A DNA stretch of 63,883 nt, filler included, from Reticulomyxa filosa (GCA_000512085.1; 18 parts of 18 records of this genome joined end to end with filler, not necessarily neighbours in it), one strand, 5' to 3'. Shown: positions 25,623 to 38,520, counted from the first letter of the whole stretch. Numbers and translations: made by a program. Notes: generated by a model from the sequence alone, not told the origin.

Positions 25623-27085
25623 TTACGTAGAATCAGTTGTGTTATCATCAGCGTGTTCATCGTCGGTAGTGAAAGGAGAAGAAAGAGGTGGACAAGGTGA
25701 AGAAGAAAGCAATTTATCATTATTAAAAGTGTATTGGTCAATATTACGACGAATGAAGTTGAAGACAGAAAGCTTGTCACACAAACGTAAAAAAGAGGCT
25801 TTGTCCATCGCAACACATCGCAAAAGTTGGGATGAGACAATGACATTGGCACTTCTCTCACAATTGAAAAGTAGCGCTCTTTCTCCAAAGTAGGCGCCTT
25901 CTCTAAGTGTTTTGACATATTTCTCACGTTCCATCTCATTGTATGCATTTCCAATCAAAAAATTTGCATAAGTATTTTTATGAATTTCATTCCAATTTGG
26001 GATATTCAATGTGATTTCAACACTACCTTTTTGGATCATATAGAAATATTCTGCATTTTCTTCTGCTTGTGATATTACATATTCGCCTTTTTCGAATTGA
26101 AACACTTCTAAGGTATCTGCAACTTCGTTTCGAACATCGTCTGGTTTTTTTTTTTTTGCCAATATTACTTTACATGTTGGGTTAACAAAAAAAAAAAAAA
26201 GGGGGTGAGGAAGACAAACATAACCACTAATATTTCGGAACAAGTCGACTGTTTTCAAAAACTCATAAAATCGAGCACGCTTTTTGGCTCTGGATGAAAT
26301 CATAATGTATCGGAAAGTTTCACCGTCGACAACCCACAAGACTCCGTCTGTGGCAGCTCGCACCGAAGCAGCTCGGGACTCGTTATATAGAAGTGCCAAT
26401 TCACCAAAGGATCCTTTGTTATTATAGCTAAATACCTTCTTTGGTGGATCATTGGGCTTTGAGCTCACTGATTTCCATACCTCAAATATACCACTTTCGA
26501 TTACGTAATAATTATCGCCTTTGTCGCCTTGGGTTATTACTTCTTCATTTTTTTTCACCTTTTTTTCAAACATCGCATCTATTAACGAGCTTTGCTGTTC
26601 TTTGTCCAGTCCTTTCATTGTTTCAAACAAATCAACAAAAACGATTGCAAAAAGAGAGATTAGTAATGCGCTTTTCCGTCCACTTGGAATGTATGTATAC
26701 ACTCATGGCAAAGTGTTTGTTTTACCTTTCCAAATGAATAGTTCACTCACTGAATTTCGGATTCGTTCCACTACTCCGGGTTTTTTCGGATAGATCTTTC
26801 GCACTACATCTTTAACTGTTTGAGAGTGCACATTCGATTCTTCTGCGCTTACACTGAAGCGACGGGGTCTTTTTATCTGCTCTTGGCTCTTGGTTTCATC
26901 TCCTTTCACTTCTTCTGTTAGACGCAATGGCGGAACGTTATAGTTTGGGTTGTCTAAGTCTATTGTGTTCTTTTTTTTTACAACATTATAAGAATTCCAC
27001 TGTAGAATCAACATTTAAAACGCACCATGAAAGCAAATAACAAATTAATGGACAAATTTGGCCAACATACCTCGTTATCTTGCAT
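25623..27085 (-). CDS. pkaR: cAMP-dependent protein kinase regulatory subunit (two cNMP-binding domains), 4 exons
   Basis: Inhibitor site 'RRFSVSAE'; phosphate-binding cassettes 'FGELALLYNESRAASV' and 'FGERALLFNCERSANV'; 'ITQGDKGDNYYVIESG'; introns at about 26970-27070, 26612-26725 and 26141-26224. Confidence 0.9.
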
Positions 27086-28948
27086 TTTTTCGTTTCTTTT
27101 GTTGTAGTTTTTTTCTGTCTTCTATTGCTCTCCAAAAAACTTCGTCTTTTTTAGTTGTCAAAGTGAATGACTTTATGCTGTTGTGGCACAATAACTACAG
27201 TTGCATATGGTATTATATTCTCGAAAGTCCATAAATTTTTATAAGGACATTAAAAAGATTTTATTTCAATATTTGAACAATCACAAAAAGATTCATAAAT
27301 ATGAAAGAATAACAATTTATCATTTCTTATAAAATAATTGCTAGTTTGATTTATGCATAATTATTGCAATTGAAAACACAATTTTTAAAGAAAAATAAAT
27401 ATTGTGGGTCATTTTTATTTTTTGAACTTGTTTTTAAAAATGACCTAGTTTTATTCGATTAAATATAAACACCTTTTTTTTCAATTAAATATTGATCAAA
27501 TAAGCCAGTTATTCTATTACTTATCTATTTTATCAAATAAGAATTATATCAAAAAATCAATTAAAACATTAAGTTACAAGGGGGAACATAGTTCCATTTT
27601 TTTTATTTTCGTATTTGTAATCAATAAACTGCAAAGCTTTGCAACTTATTGATATACATATCTAAAGTGAATATTGATTGTCAATTTGTGCCAAATGATG
27701 AGTTAAGACTTACTTTTATTGTCTTTTTTTGTTAGTTCTATTTCATTTACTGTCATGGTCGTCTGTGGATGTTGCATGGGTACGAAGCAATGAGAAAAAA
27801 AATAAACAAACACATTGTAATAACTATACACAAAATATAATTTATAAACTTTATTGTAATCGAACCAATGATCAGTTTGTCACAAGTCCATATTGTGTGA
27901 CACAAGACGTTAGAGAATTAGTTCGTTAGTTTTTTGCAAATGTTATTGATTTTTTTCTTTTATCAATTTATTCTATTAATATACTTAAGTAATAAGGTAA
28001 TCCATTAAGTTTGCATCTTTTTTGTAAAAGAAAGATAAAAATAGCGTAAGTTATCTTCTAAATAAATTATGTTGTGAGATACACAAAAATATTTGTCAGT
28101 AAGAAATTTAAAAAAACGTAACTACGTTCCCCCTTATAGCTTGCTGTTTTGATTGGCATCGATATAATTTTGATTTATAAAACAATTCAGTAATGCATCA
28201 ACAGACATACTTGACAAAAAAAAATTTGTGTTTATTTTACTAAAAAGTAGTTTATTTTTCAAACAGATTAAAAAAAAAAATGACACAATATTTAAAAAAT
28301 AAACTACATTAAAAAATGAACTATATTTAATTTTTGATAAAAGTGAAGAAAATCCAAACATTTTTGGATTTTCAGTATGAGTAGATATTATTTTGTATGT
28401 TTGTATTGTTTCATTTCAGGTGCCTTTTTTTTGCTGTCAATTGTGATAGTATCTTTTTTAAGAATTGAGTTGCAAATGAAAAACAAATGCTAATTAATAA
28501 TAGTACAATTCTAATCCAGTAAGGTGTTGCCCGAACCCCAAAAATCATTTTTGAGAAAAAAGTGAAAGATCGATGCGAAAAATTGTAAAAAAAAAAATCC
28601 AAGAATAAAAACAAAATTTCGTTATTTTAAAGGAATTTCATAGCTCGGTTTGAAATTATAATTTGCCAAAATTTTTTTTTGCGCAACAGTTGATTTATCC
28701 TCTTCTGGTCTACTCGTCTCCCTCTCTCGCGTTTTAAACACGTGTAAGTCCCAAAGCATTGTAAGATAGAAGGCCTAGAAGGAAGAGGAATGAACATCAA
28801 GAATTTCCAATCAACGAACACTCACCCTTTCCAAAAAAAAAAACCCAATATAGCCAATTTATGAAACATGGTACACACAATCTGAGGCATAGGTGGAAAA
28901 AATCCCAGCCAAACTTCGTATTAATAGACAAACTCTTCTGACTCAAAT

Positions 28949-29650
28949 TTAAAGCCAAGAACCACCACCAACAGAACTTTTGGGTAAACTGTGCACCACT
29001 TCATTTGGCCGTGATTCCTCTTCCTCCAAGATACGCGGTCTCATGGTTTGGGTGGTCGTATGTTGTTCGCGTTTTTTTGGCTCTTCCGTGTTTGGTGCTG
29101 CAGAGTGATTAAAACTACCGCTTGCATCATTTGTGAGACTATTGGCATTCACCGGATAAGTAATCCCAGTCGTTGACGTCAACGTGATGGCAATGTTTGG
29201 ATTCACATTGGCCAAATTTCGCACATTGCTATTCGACTGGCTACTGCCCGTGCGACTTTGTGGAGTGCTTTGACTCCATTGTTGTATCATCACATTGCGA
29301 CTTAAGCCACTCATATGGGGACTGGCAAAGTGTTGTGTTAGTGAGCGTCCCAATCCGCTGGTTTGAGATGTGGACGGCTCCAAATGAAAGACACTGGGGT
29401 TGGTAGGAGGACGATTGTATTCATACCCATCCAACTTTTTCAGATTGGGAAGATATGTGAAGGCTTGGGTCTCACTGTTCATTTCCGAGGTTTGTTGCAA
29501 CCTGTTTTGGTGAGAGATCATCATCGAGCTGGATATGTAAGAATCCAAGCCACTGTGGGCAAGTGATCGAGACAATCCGCTTTGAAGGATCGGCACAACA
29601 GACATGGCCGGCGATGGAACACGTCTCTTTGGTTGTCTGCGCACGTACAA
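28949..29650 (-). CDS. Terminal exon of a hypothetical S/T/N-rich disordered protein
   Basis: 233-aa ORF with GC-rich coding-like composition, preceded by an intron-like (TG)n/poly-T region; thrice-repeated SGL(S/G)R motif. Confidence 0.6.
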   Translation of the reverse strand: MYVRRQPKRRVPSPAMSVVPILQSGLSRSLAHSGLDSYISSSMMISHQNRLQQTSEMNSETQAFTYLPNLKKLDGYEYNRPPTNPSVFHLEPSTSQTSGLGRSLTQHFASPHMSGLSRNVMIQQWSQSTPQSRTGSSQSNSNVRNLANVNPNIAITLTSTTGITYPVNANSLTNDASGSFNHSAAPNTEEPKKREQHTTTQTMRPRILEEEESRPNEVVHSLPKSSVGGGSWL

Positions 29651-29913
29651 AAGTAGAAGGCAACAGCACGTAGATATTCGTCAGGTTGCAATCATGTTCC
29701 GGTTCATCCGCACACGCACACACACACACACACACGTACAACGTAAAAAAAAAAAAAAGGAGAAGCTGAGGGTCAATAGGGATCAGTAAACGCGTAAAGA
29801 TGTACGGATCACANNNNNNNNNNNNNNNNNNNNNNNNNNNNNNNNNNNNNNNNNNNNTTAATTAATTAANNNNNNNNNNNNNNNNNNNNNNNNNNNNNNN
29901 NNNNNNNNNNNNN

Positions 29914-30554
29914 TTATTATTGTTATTATTATTATTGTTATTTGCATTTGCTTTCCAAATTTGAATAATCCCATTTTCAAGCAAAATGGCCAACATATTC
30001 GGATTCTCCAAATACACAAATGTCTCCACTCCCATGTCCAATGACAGGGTTTGCATCACTTCGACTTTTGGCAAAAACTTGCAAATGAATACTTTGCCAT
30101 CTCCGCTGCTGAAGTACACTGTGTCGTGCTTGTCGAACTTGATCGTGGATATATACCCTTCTGACAGTGCCAGTGTTATCCATGGGTCTATCACAAATCG
30201 CACGGCTGGCTGCAGTTGATAGATTTTCACAATGTTTCCCAAACCTCCTGCTGCCACGTACTGTCCTGATGGATGCATCGCTACACATATGTCATATGAC
30301 GTCCCCAACGATATGCGCCATTTTTTTAAACACACTAGTTTTCGCTTCTTCTTCTTCCCCGATTCTGGCTTCCTCAAGTCCCATATTATCACGTGTCCAT
30401 CTTTGCTCGTACTCCCTATTCGAACGTCTCCTGACGCTAACACACACATGTCCACTGATTGCACTCGGCTGAAATGTCCTTGACATTCCAGCTTTTGCAA
30501 ATTCTTATCCGTAAAATAATCTTCTATGGCAATGCGTCGATCTGTATTGCCCAT
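29914..30554 (-). CDS. Divergent heterotrimeric G-protein beta-like WD40 protein, 3'-truncated
   Basis: 'GHFSRV...STSKDGHVIIWD', 'CVAMHPSGQYVAAGGLGNIVKIYQL' and 'GYISTIKF...FSSGDG' parallel G-beta blades 1-3 ([44 protein letters not shown]..TSSGD). Confidence 0.75.
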
Positions 30555-32387
30555 TTTTTTTTTTCCAAATGAGTTTATATCATTCCAACGTCTCCCTTTT
30601 CCCTCCCCCTTTTTTTTCTTTTTCACAGTTCTTAAATGATGGAGCAATTTCGTTTTATTACTCAAAGATTGCACTGTATCAAGTTTTTAGTTTTCATTCT
30701 TTTCTACAATTGAACCTTTAAATTGTTTGAATTGAAAGCCCCCTTTTTGTGGAGAATAATCAAGTAAAAAAACAAATTTCGAATAAGAACAAATATGCTG
30801 TATTCGTTTTTGCGCGAAACTTGCAAATAAAGTCTCATCTTAAACAATAAATGTTTTATCTATTTCAGCATTTAGAATATGTTACTTTTTGATTTTAAAA
30901 GTAAAAAGCTTTGTGACATGAATTTTTTTCAAACAGTGTGGTTTTTGTTAAAAAAAAAATTAGAGTTGACCCTAACAAAAATTCCACAGTTTAAAAAACT
31001 CCGTCATACGTCGTCTAACCAAGAAACCAAGGACCAAAAGGAAGAAAATGAGTAAGATGGAAGAAGAAAAAAGCAAAGAGTGTGCGAAAATGGACTTGAA
31101 GTCAATTCCTCAACAACAGTCTTGCTTTGANNNNNNNNNNNNNNNNNNNNNNNNNNNNNNNNNNNNNNNNNNNNTTAATTAATTAANNNNNNNNNNNNNN
31201 NNNNNNNNNNNNNNNNNNNNNNNNNNNNNNTAAAAATCAAAATTATATTTAAAACTAAATATTCGTGATTAAATGTTGTTTTTTTCATTGAAACCACAGT
31301 ATATAAATGTGGCATTTATTTGTCAACTTTCTTTTTATCATACGTATTACATTGACTTTTTTATTTCTTTTTGCTTTCATTTTTTAACTCTTATTAATCT
31401 ATTTAATTGACAAATATTCATTCACTAAATCTAATCCAATATATTTATAACTATTTCTTTTTGTAATCATTAACGCAAATATCTAAATTTTTATTAATTT
31501 CGTTTCAAGTAAAATATTATTATAAGTATTTACAATATATTTAATTTCAATAAGCAAGAAATAAAATATATCTTATAATTAACTTAACTATATAAAACTA
31601 ATGTTTGTAAAACATCACAAAACAATACTTTCATTTTCGTAATCGAAAAATATAGAATTAGAAAATTCATGTTGGTCATATCTATTAACAAATATCAACA
31701 ACTATTTTAAAAAAACATAAAAACAGTCACAATTTATTTAATTAAATTAACATTGACATATTTGTGAAACTTACACTAAACAGTTTTCTTTCTTGTCGAC
31801 ATTTTTCTACTGATACACTTTTGAAGTCACATTTCAAATTATCCAAATTTATTCGCGCATTTTCACTTGAATGTAAAATTAAAAAACAAAATATGTACAA
31901 GCTGTAAAGTTTTCCATGACACTTGAAACCCCTTTTTTTTCGCCTACTTTTTTCAATTTTGATCTTTCTGTTCATTGAACACTTAAACCAAAAATGACAA
32001 TTAACATTGCTGCAAATCTTGCAAACAATGGTTAGTTTTATCATTTTTTGACGATTTATAATTAAAATGCCAAGTATTTACAAAAAATCAAAAGTTCATC
32101 AATACCATATTTCCGATAAAATTGACAGGTGGGCAAAATACAACTTATGCACATAAAGAAGCTCAAGTTCTCACGAAAGGTAAAACAACCAAAGCACTCT
32201 AATTTTCCCGTCCCATTGGAGTGGTTTCCATTAATAGCTTGAATTGCAAAAAAAAAAATGAAAAAAAATATGATTTTGTTAGCGCCCAATAAAACAAGCC
32301 AAGTACAAGACAAACAAAAAAAAAAAGTTGAGACAAGAAGAAAATTTATTACTTTATTTTTCATTTTTTAATTTTTATTGAACAGCA

Positions 32388-33030
32388 TTAAGCTTGTACT
32401 CGCAAGTCATTGTAAGGATCATCATCACCATAGCCCAAAGCACCATAAAGATTGGTCGAAATATTTTCAGGATGGATACCGTACATAAGAGGCTCGCCGT
32501 CACTGTTATACAACACGCCGTCAACGACTTGGCTACGTCGATGCATTCGACGCCAAAAGACGATCAGAATGCCAAACAAGAGTGCGACTAACAACAACAA
32601 GCCAATGATAATGGCCACCAAGATGATGGTGGGTATGCTCCAATGCAAAACACTTGAAACCGATTCGTTGCTGACTTCCGCGGACGCCTGTGAAGTCGAT
32701 GTCTCGCTCAACGTGGTACTGTAGTCTTCTCCTATCCTGTTTTTGGCACCGCTCTGTGTCGTAGTGGCAGCAGCAGTGGTGGTTGTCTCCGTCGGACAAT
32801 TGCCAAGACATGTCCATTGATCATTCGCATAAACCATAGCGCAAGACCTCTCGTAAAAATCGCCGCAGTGATAAAAAGTGCGGGCACACGCTTGATCGTT
32901 TCCATTATCGCACTTCAATTGCAAACGATTGCTCGAGTATCCTTCTTGGACATACATTTGAAACGAGCATGACGTTGTATTGCCACTACTGGATGAGCAT
33001 CCAATGCTAGATGACGTTCCTTGTCCCTTG
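32388..33030 (-). CDS. Terminal exon of a single-pass (type I-like) membrane protein: Cys-rich ectodomain, S/T stalk, TM helix, Tyr-rich tail
   Basis: Cys-rich segment, 'TETTTTAAATTT' stalk, hydrophobic 'IPTIILVAIIIGLLLLVALLFGILIVFW', stop-transfer 'RRMHRR', about 55-aa tail. Confidence 0.75.
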
Positions 33031-33280
33031 TTAGCTTTTTTTTTGTAATGTCCGAAAATTAAGTTGTTTTTTTTTTTTTTAAAAAAAAACCCCTTTCCCT
33101 CCCTTTCAAAAAAAAAAAAAAAAANNNNNNNNNNNNNNNNNNNNNNNNNNNNNNNNNNNNNNNNNNNNTTAATTAATTAANNNNNNNNNNNNNNNNNNNN
33201 NNNNNNNNNNNNNNNNNNNNNNNNTAAACACTCACGTACCAACACTAGTCGTGCTCCAACCATGCATTTTGACTTTTCAG

Positions 33281-34172
33281 ATGTTGCTGCCTGTCTTCCC
33301 AAGGAAGAGAAGCATGCTTCGACAAAAGAAAATCAACATCCATCTTGCATAAATAACAACAGTTGGGTACTGACAAAAAATTCAGGTTTATTGCTTTAAA
33401 AAAAAACGTGTTGGCCCTTCCTTTCTTTGCTCAAAGCTTCAGAGTCTTTAAGTCCCAACCAATTTTCACCACTTCGTTCAATCACACGCTGCAAACACGC
33501 TTCTCAGCAAGTATCACCCAAGAATAAGAGGACATTTTCTCCAGGATGTAAAAAAGTACTTCCGACAAGTAAAGAAGAAAATCAAGATTTAGATTCTAAT
33601 CTCATTTTTTCTTGTATATCCCCAAATGAGACAGGTAAACATTCGGATTGTCCTACTACAAAAAGATCACGGAGACATCAATCGAATCGATTAGATGAAC
33701 TACGATATTCAATTAAATCATATTCTAAGGATCCCAATCTCAAACCTTGTATCGTTTATCCTAACTTTCAAAAAGAATATGGTAATGAAGTTTACAATAA
33801 TTCATTACATTTATCATTGGTTGATCAAAAGCGTGTTTTTTTTTTTGAAACAAAAACCGACTGTTGAACTATAAAAAAAAATTAGGAATTGAATTTCCTA
33901 AAAACAAAACTATGCGTGTTCGAAAACGCAAGCACAATCATGAAACTCAACAAAGTAAAGAAATCGTTGATAAGGACACTGGACTGATGTCATCTTCTTT
34001 AACAAATTTGCAGTTACAAAGCACAAACAACCACAAGTGTTCACAAGAAATAGTTTCCACTGCTAGAAATTTAATGGTTCAAAACAATAATGATTTTCGA
34101 CTTCATTGGGATAACAATCTTCTCAAAATATCAACTGAACAAGAAACAATTTATCAGAGTACACACAAATGA
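33281..34172 (+). CDS. Hypothetical protein fragment (spliced)
   Basis: ORFs 33427-33867 and 33864-34172 separated by a short T-run/A-run intron-like segment; no domain recognised. Confidence 0.35.
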
Positions 34173-34515
34173 GTGCTTAGATGACAAAATAGAAATAGAA
34201 ATGGGTACGTTGTGATAAAAAATATCAGATAATCCTTATTTCAATTTGTCCAATTGTATTATGTTATAATTTTATTAGTNNNNNNNNNNNNNNNNNNNNN
34301 NNNNNNNNNNNNNNNNNNNNNNNTTAATTAATTAANNNNNNNNNNNNNNNNNNNNNNNNNNNNNNNNNNNNNNNNNNNNAGCGTATAGTAAATTGAATAT
34401 AACTTTGTTAACAATAAGTAATTAATACGAAAAAGGTTGAATTTGATAAGGGTCTTGAAAGTGAAAGTGAGCTTTTTTTTTGGAAGAAAACATTAGCATT
34501 GCAGTTGGTTTGACA

Positions 34516-35385
34516 ATGTCAGTAACCCCTTACTGGGGAAAAGTTGACAGTACAGTTGACTGGTGTGAACCAAATTACGTGTTTTCCTCCTACATTGCCG
34601 AGTTTTTCAATACTGTGTCTCATGTTCCCACGCCATTCTACATATCAGCAGGCATATTTTATACCTGGAAATTGGACTCAAAAGAGTGGCGTTTTGTGTG
34701 TGCATTCGGAAGTGTGATATTGGTTGCCATTGGAATTATAGCCTTTCACGCGACATTGCGTTACGTTGGGCAGCTATTGGACGAGCTGCCTTTAATGCTA
34801 ACCAATTACAGTCTTTTATACTGTGTGTTATGTTGCAAGGCATCACCAACAATGAGTTAATCTGAAAAGTGGAAAGAACGTATTTAGACTGGCCTGTTTT
34901 GTGTGTTGTGATGTGTTCAATGCGTAATTTACATTGTATTGAAATGATATGCAGTGTTTTTCATTAGCTATGGATGTCTCTTGATCGGCTTATTATTATA
35001 CTCGGTTTCGACTATCCAAAGTGCCATGGGCAAAACATGTCCTTCATTTTTGTCCATGAAGCTTTTCAAATGTGCGTGCATTACATATTGATGTGGATTT
35101 GCATTGTGGTGTATCGAAAACGCATTTTGCGAGAAGGTGCAATCATTGCAATTGTATGCATGTTGGCATGTTTTATCTGGCGCGGGGTCCTATCTTTATA
35201 TTTTGAGTATGATTACACTGCGCAGCCATTATTTGAAACGCAAAACCGATTTACAGTTTCTTCATTTGTGTGCTATTCATGTGCCGGTGCAACCTATTGC
35301 CGTATGCACACAAGAACGCAATCCAACAATGCAGACAATAGAAAATCAAAATGATTTTTTTTTGTATCTTATTGTTGTAATATAA
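34516..35385 (+). pseudogene. Alkaline ceramidase (ACER3/phytoceramidase-like, CREST superfamily) with five in-frame stops
   Basis: 'YWGKVDSTVDWCEPNY..SSYIAEFFNTVS', 'FHATLRY.GQLLDELP', 'LWCIENAFC', 'LQLYACWHVLSG'; stops at 34858 (TAA), 34885 (TAG), 34909, 34945 and 35089 (TGA), all in one frame. Confidence 0.88.
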
Positions 35386-35617
35386 GTCGCGATTTTTTTT
35401 ATGTCATCGGTTGTTACAATCATTTATTTTATGTATGATATTGTCGAATTTTTTTTATTTAATCTTTTTACTTTACTTGTGAATTTTTGTTATATTGCAA
35501 TAACGATATTTATTGCTNNNNNNNNNNNNNNNNNNNNNNNNNNNNNNNNNNNNNNNNNNNNTTAATTAATTAANNNNNNNNNNNNNNNNNNNNNNNNNNN
35601 NNNNNNNNNNNNNNNNN

Positions 35618-36240
35618 TTCTGCTTTCGGCATAATACACATTTGCGTTTGCTTGGATCATTCTTGTTTCGGCATTTTGCTGTTTTGTGATTTGCCAATCC
35701 GCAATACTTACATGCTTTGTGCTTCTTTGGGCATTCACGATCAATATAGTTCAACCTGTAGCATTTCCTGCCTTTATCGAATGGCTCCACTTTCACTGAT
35801 TAGTCAATGCTTCTTCAAGCTTTTTCTTTTGTTCAGCAGCGAATGTCTTGCGATAAATGTCAAATCTCAGCTGCCTTACAATTTATTTGCCATCTTGATT
35901 TTCTTTTTCTATTAATCCATCCAATCCAAGAAATTTAATCACCGTTGTTGCTGATTTGAGTTCTTTGAGAAATTGTTGTTGAACTCGCATTCTTTTCTTT
36001 AACACATTTTCAAATATGACTTCATCAATATTCTTTTCTTCGGTTTGTTGCATACTTGAACTATGTAATGCTTTTCGTCTGTTGCCATTTGTATCAACAT
36101 CCATATTATTTATTGGCGTCTTTTGGATTGTTGGATCATGTATATCAATACCACATCCAATTCGAAATGTTTTACATATACTTTTTGGTCTTTCTTTTGT
36201 TTTTGTGTCTCTTTTGGAGCACTGTGTTCTATTCCTTTGA
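35618..36240 (-). mobile_element. Degenerate non-LTR retrotransposon (LINE) ORF1/gag-like remnant with zinc knuckles
   Basis: 'KCYRLNYIDRECPKKHKACKYCGLANHKTAKCRNKNDPSKRKCVLC': tandem CCHC-type knuckles typical of I/Jockey-type ORF1; upstream part has stops and frameshifts; truncated by spacer. Confidence 0.7.
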
Positions 36241-38520
36241 ACGATACGCTCTTTTAACTAGAAAGGCCTGAGTTTTGTTTAAGCATATGGCAAAAAGCAT
36301 TGCGAGTTTTGATGAAGCGAAATACTCAACACGTCTCACTGTAACCCATCTAAAAAAAATTGTTCTTTTCATTGCGAAATCTTGTTTTTTTAAAAAAGGT
36401 GGAAAATATTACTGTGGAACATTTTTCGAAACTGCTTTAAAAAAAAGTTGGCAAATTTCATAATTAATATACAGTCACGATTGTTAATTTTTTCTCAAAA
36501 ATTTTGAAAAATCAATAAAATGTTCAAATTTTTCAAACGATTAGTAAAGATTTAAAAAACCTTAATCATATTTAAAAACTACACTATCTGACTTAAAATT
36601 AGTCAGTTTAGTTTTGTTTTGAGTTGCAATAATTTTGTTTATATTTGTTGTGATGAAAATTGAAGTGTTTAGTTTACTCTTGTAATTTGATGAATATTTA
36701 ACATTCGAGAATCTGATGCTGCCAGCTGTTTCGAGAATCTATCGTGACCTCAAATCGATCCTTTGATTCATCTTAACTCCATATATGATATGCAAAATCA
36801 TTTATGTGATTATTACAAAAAGTTTGAAGTATAAACTAAAGTCATTTTACAATGAGATAATTTGATACATTTTTTTCTTCACAAACAATTTTAAATTAGA
36901 ATTATTACTGCAAAGTTGAACCAGAACGTTATTTGTTAGTTATTTTTATAACATATTTTTTTATTGTACTTTATTCGAGTGTGAGTTGCTTGAATTACAA
37001 TATTCTCAATTTGAATTCAATATATAACATTCTTTCTATGCTTAAAAAAAAATATTCTATTGAGTAAAAAATTTTCACAATCGGACATTTCATATCAATT
37101 GTGAAGAAATCATGATATTGAAAGTGATTTAAATATAAGTTTAATGATGAAATTATCCACATTATCAATTATCATCTGAAGTTGGAGCAAGATCAACATT
37201 GACAGAATGTATTAAATAAAAATTCACTATCCAAGCGAGTATCATAATGATTGAAAGTAGTGTATTTCAATGCTTAGCGGATTGCCTCAATTTCAAAGTG
37301 ACAAAGACAAACGAATTTATACCTTTCTGATTGTAAGTTTGCTGCGAATGCAATTCAGAAACTTATACTTTCCGATCGCTAGTGCCAAAGAAGTGATAAA
37401 AGTGTTGAAGACACAATATTTTACAATATTCAACTACTATAAAAAAATATTATTTTTCTATAAAAAATTTACAAGTAGTAAAAAAGTTTGTCTTGAGTTG
37501 CTTTCACGCTCGTTTTCTAGCTAACGAAATTTCCAACTTTCTAGACTTTTCTTTACATTTTACAAAATTTATTGACTTTCAATATCTAATCTCGATTTTC
37601 AAAAATACGTTCAAAAACGCTCAGATATCGAAGTATTTTGCTTCCACAAATGTTTTTTCCTTCAAAATATTTTTAAAAAAGTTAATATTGATGAAAGTAA
37701 TTATTAGCTGACACTAATCAATTTACAATATCAAATTTTAAGTCTCTAAATATAAAACAAAAATTATGTAATTATTGTACACTGTAAAAAAGGCTTAATC
37801 TAAAATCATCTATCTCTGCACGAGAAATAAACAATTCAAAAAAATAGTGCTAATGAAAAAATCATAAACCACAGAAAATGCAAATGAGTTTAGTAAATCA
37901 ACAATAAATTTGAGGAAAAAATTTAAAATAAGAATCTTTATAGTCTATTCTGAAGTAAAAAGGTTGAACAGTTATCAATGTTGGCTATATCTCTCGATAA
38001 GAATGATATCCAAGATAATACAATTTTTCAGTTATATTAAAGCTTGAATAAAAATTATCAAATATAAAGTGAAATTGTTTCAGAATTGTATGCTTCAGTT
38101 TGTCAATTCACTTTACAAATTTGATTAGTTGTTTTTGTTTTTAATTTTTTTTTGTGTTGATGGACCTGTGTTTTTCTTTTTTAAGTAGAAAACAGATTAT
38201 TTCTGTAATGTTTTTTTTGATCTCTTCATTTTTTTTATTTTACTGTATATACAACAATCAAGAAGATTTTGTGCCAACCGCCAAAGACTTTAGCGCAACT
38301 GGTTCGTTAAGGGGTTTCAAAGTTTTTTATGAAGTTTGGAGATTTTTGAGACGTAACCTGTTGGATAAATCTTACGCTAATGTTTTCAAATCCTGTAGGT
38401 TTGTGACAATTGAAAAACTCCATGCTGCATTCGCGCTTTTTGAAATTTAACAAAATTTCTTTCTCTTCTTTCTCTGTAAGGGACAAATCAAACAACTCCA
38501 AAAAAAAAGGTGCTTTTAGC

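Noticed and set aside
34858-35091. Alternative genetic code or stop-codon reassignment
   Set aside because: Intact genes in the window end normally with TAA, TAG or TGA and lack internal stops; the ceramidase has also lost catalytic residues
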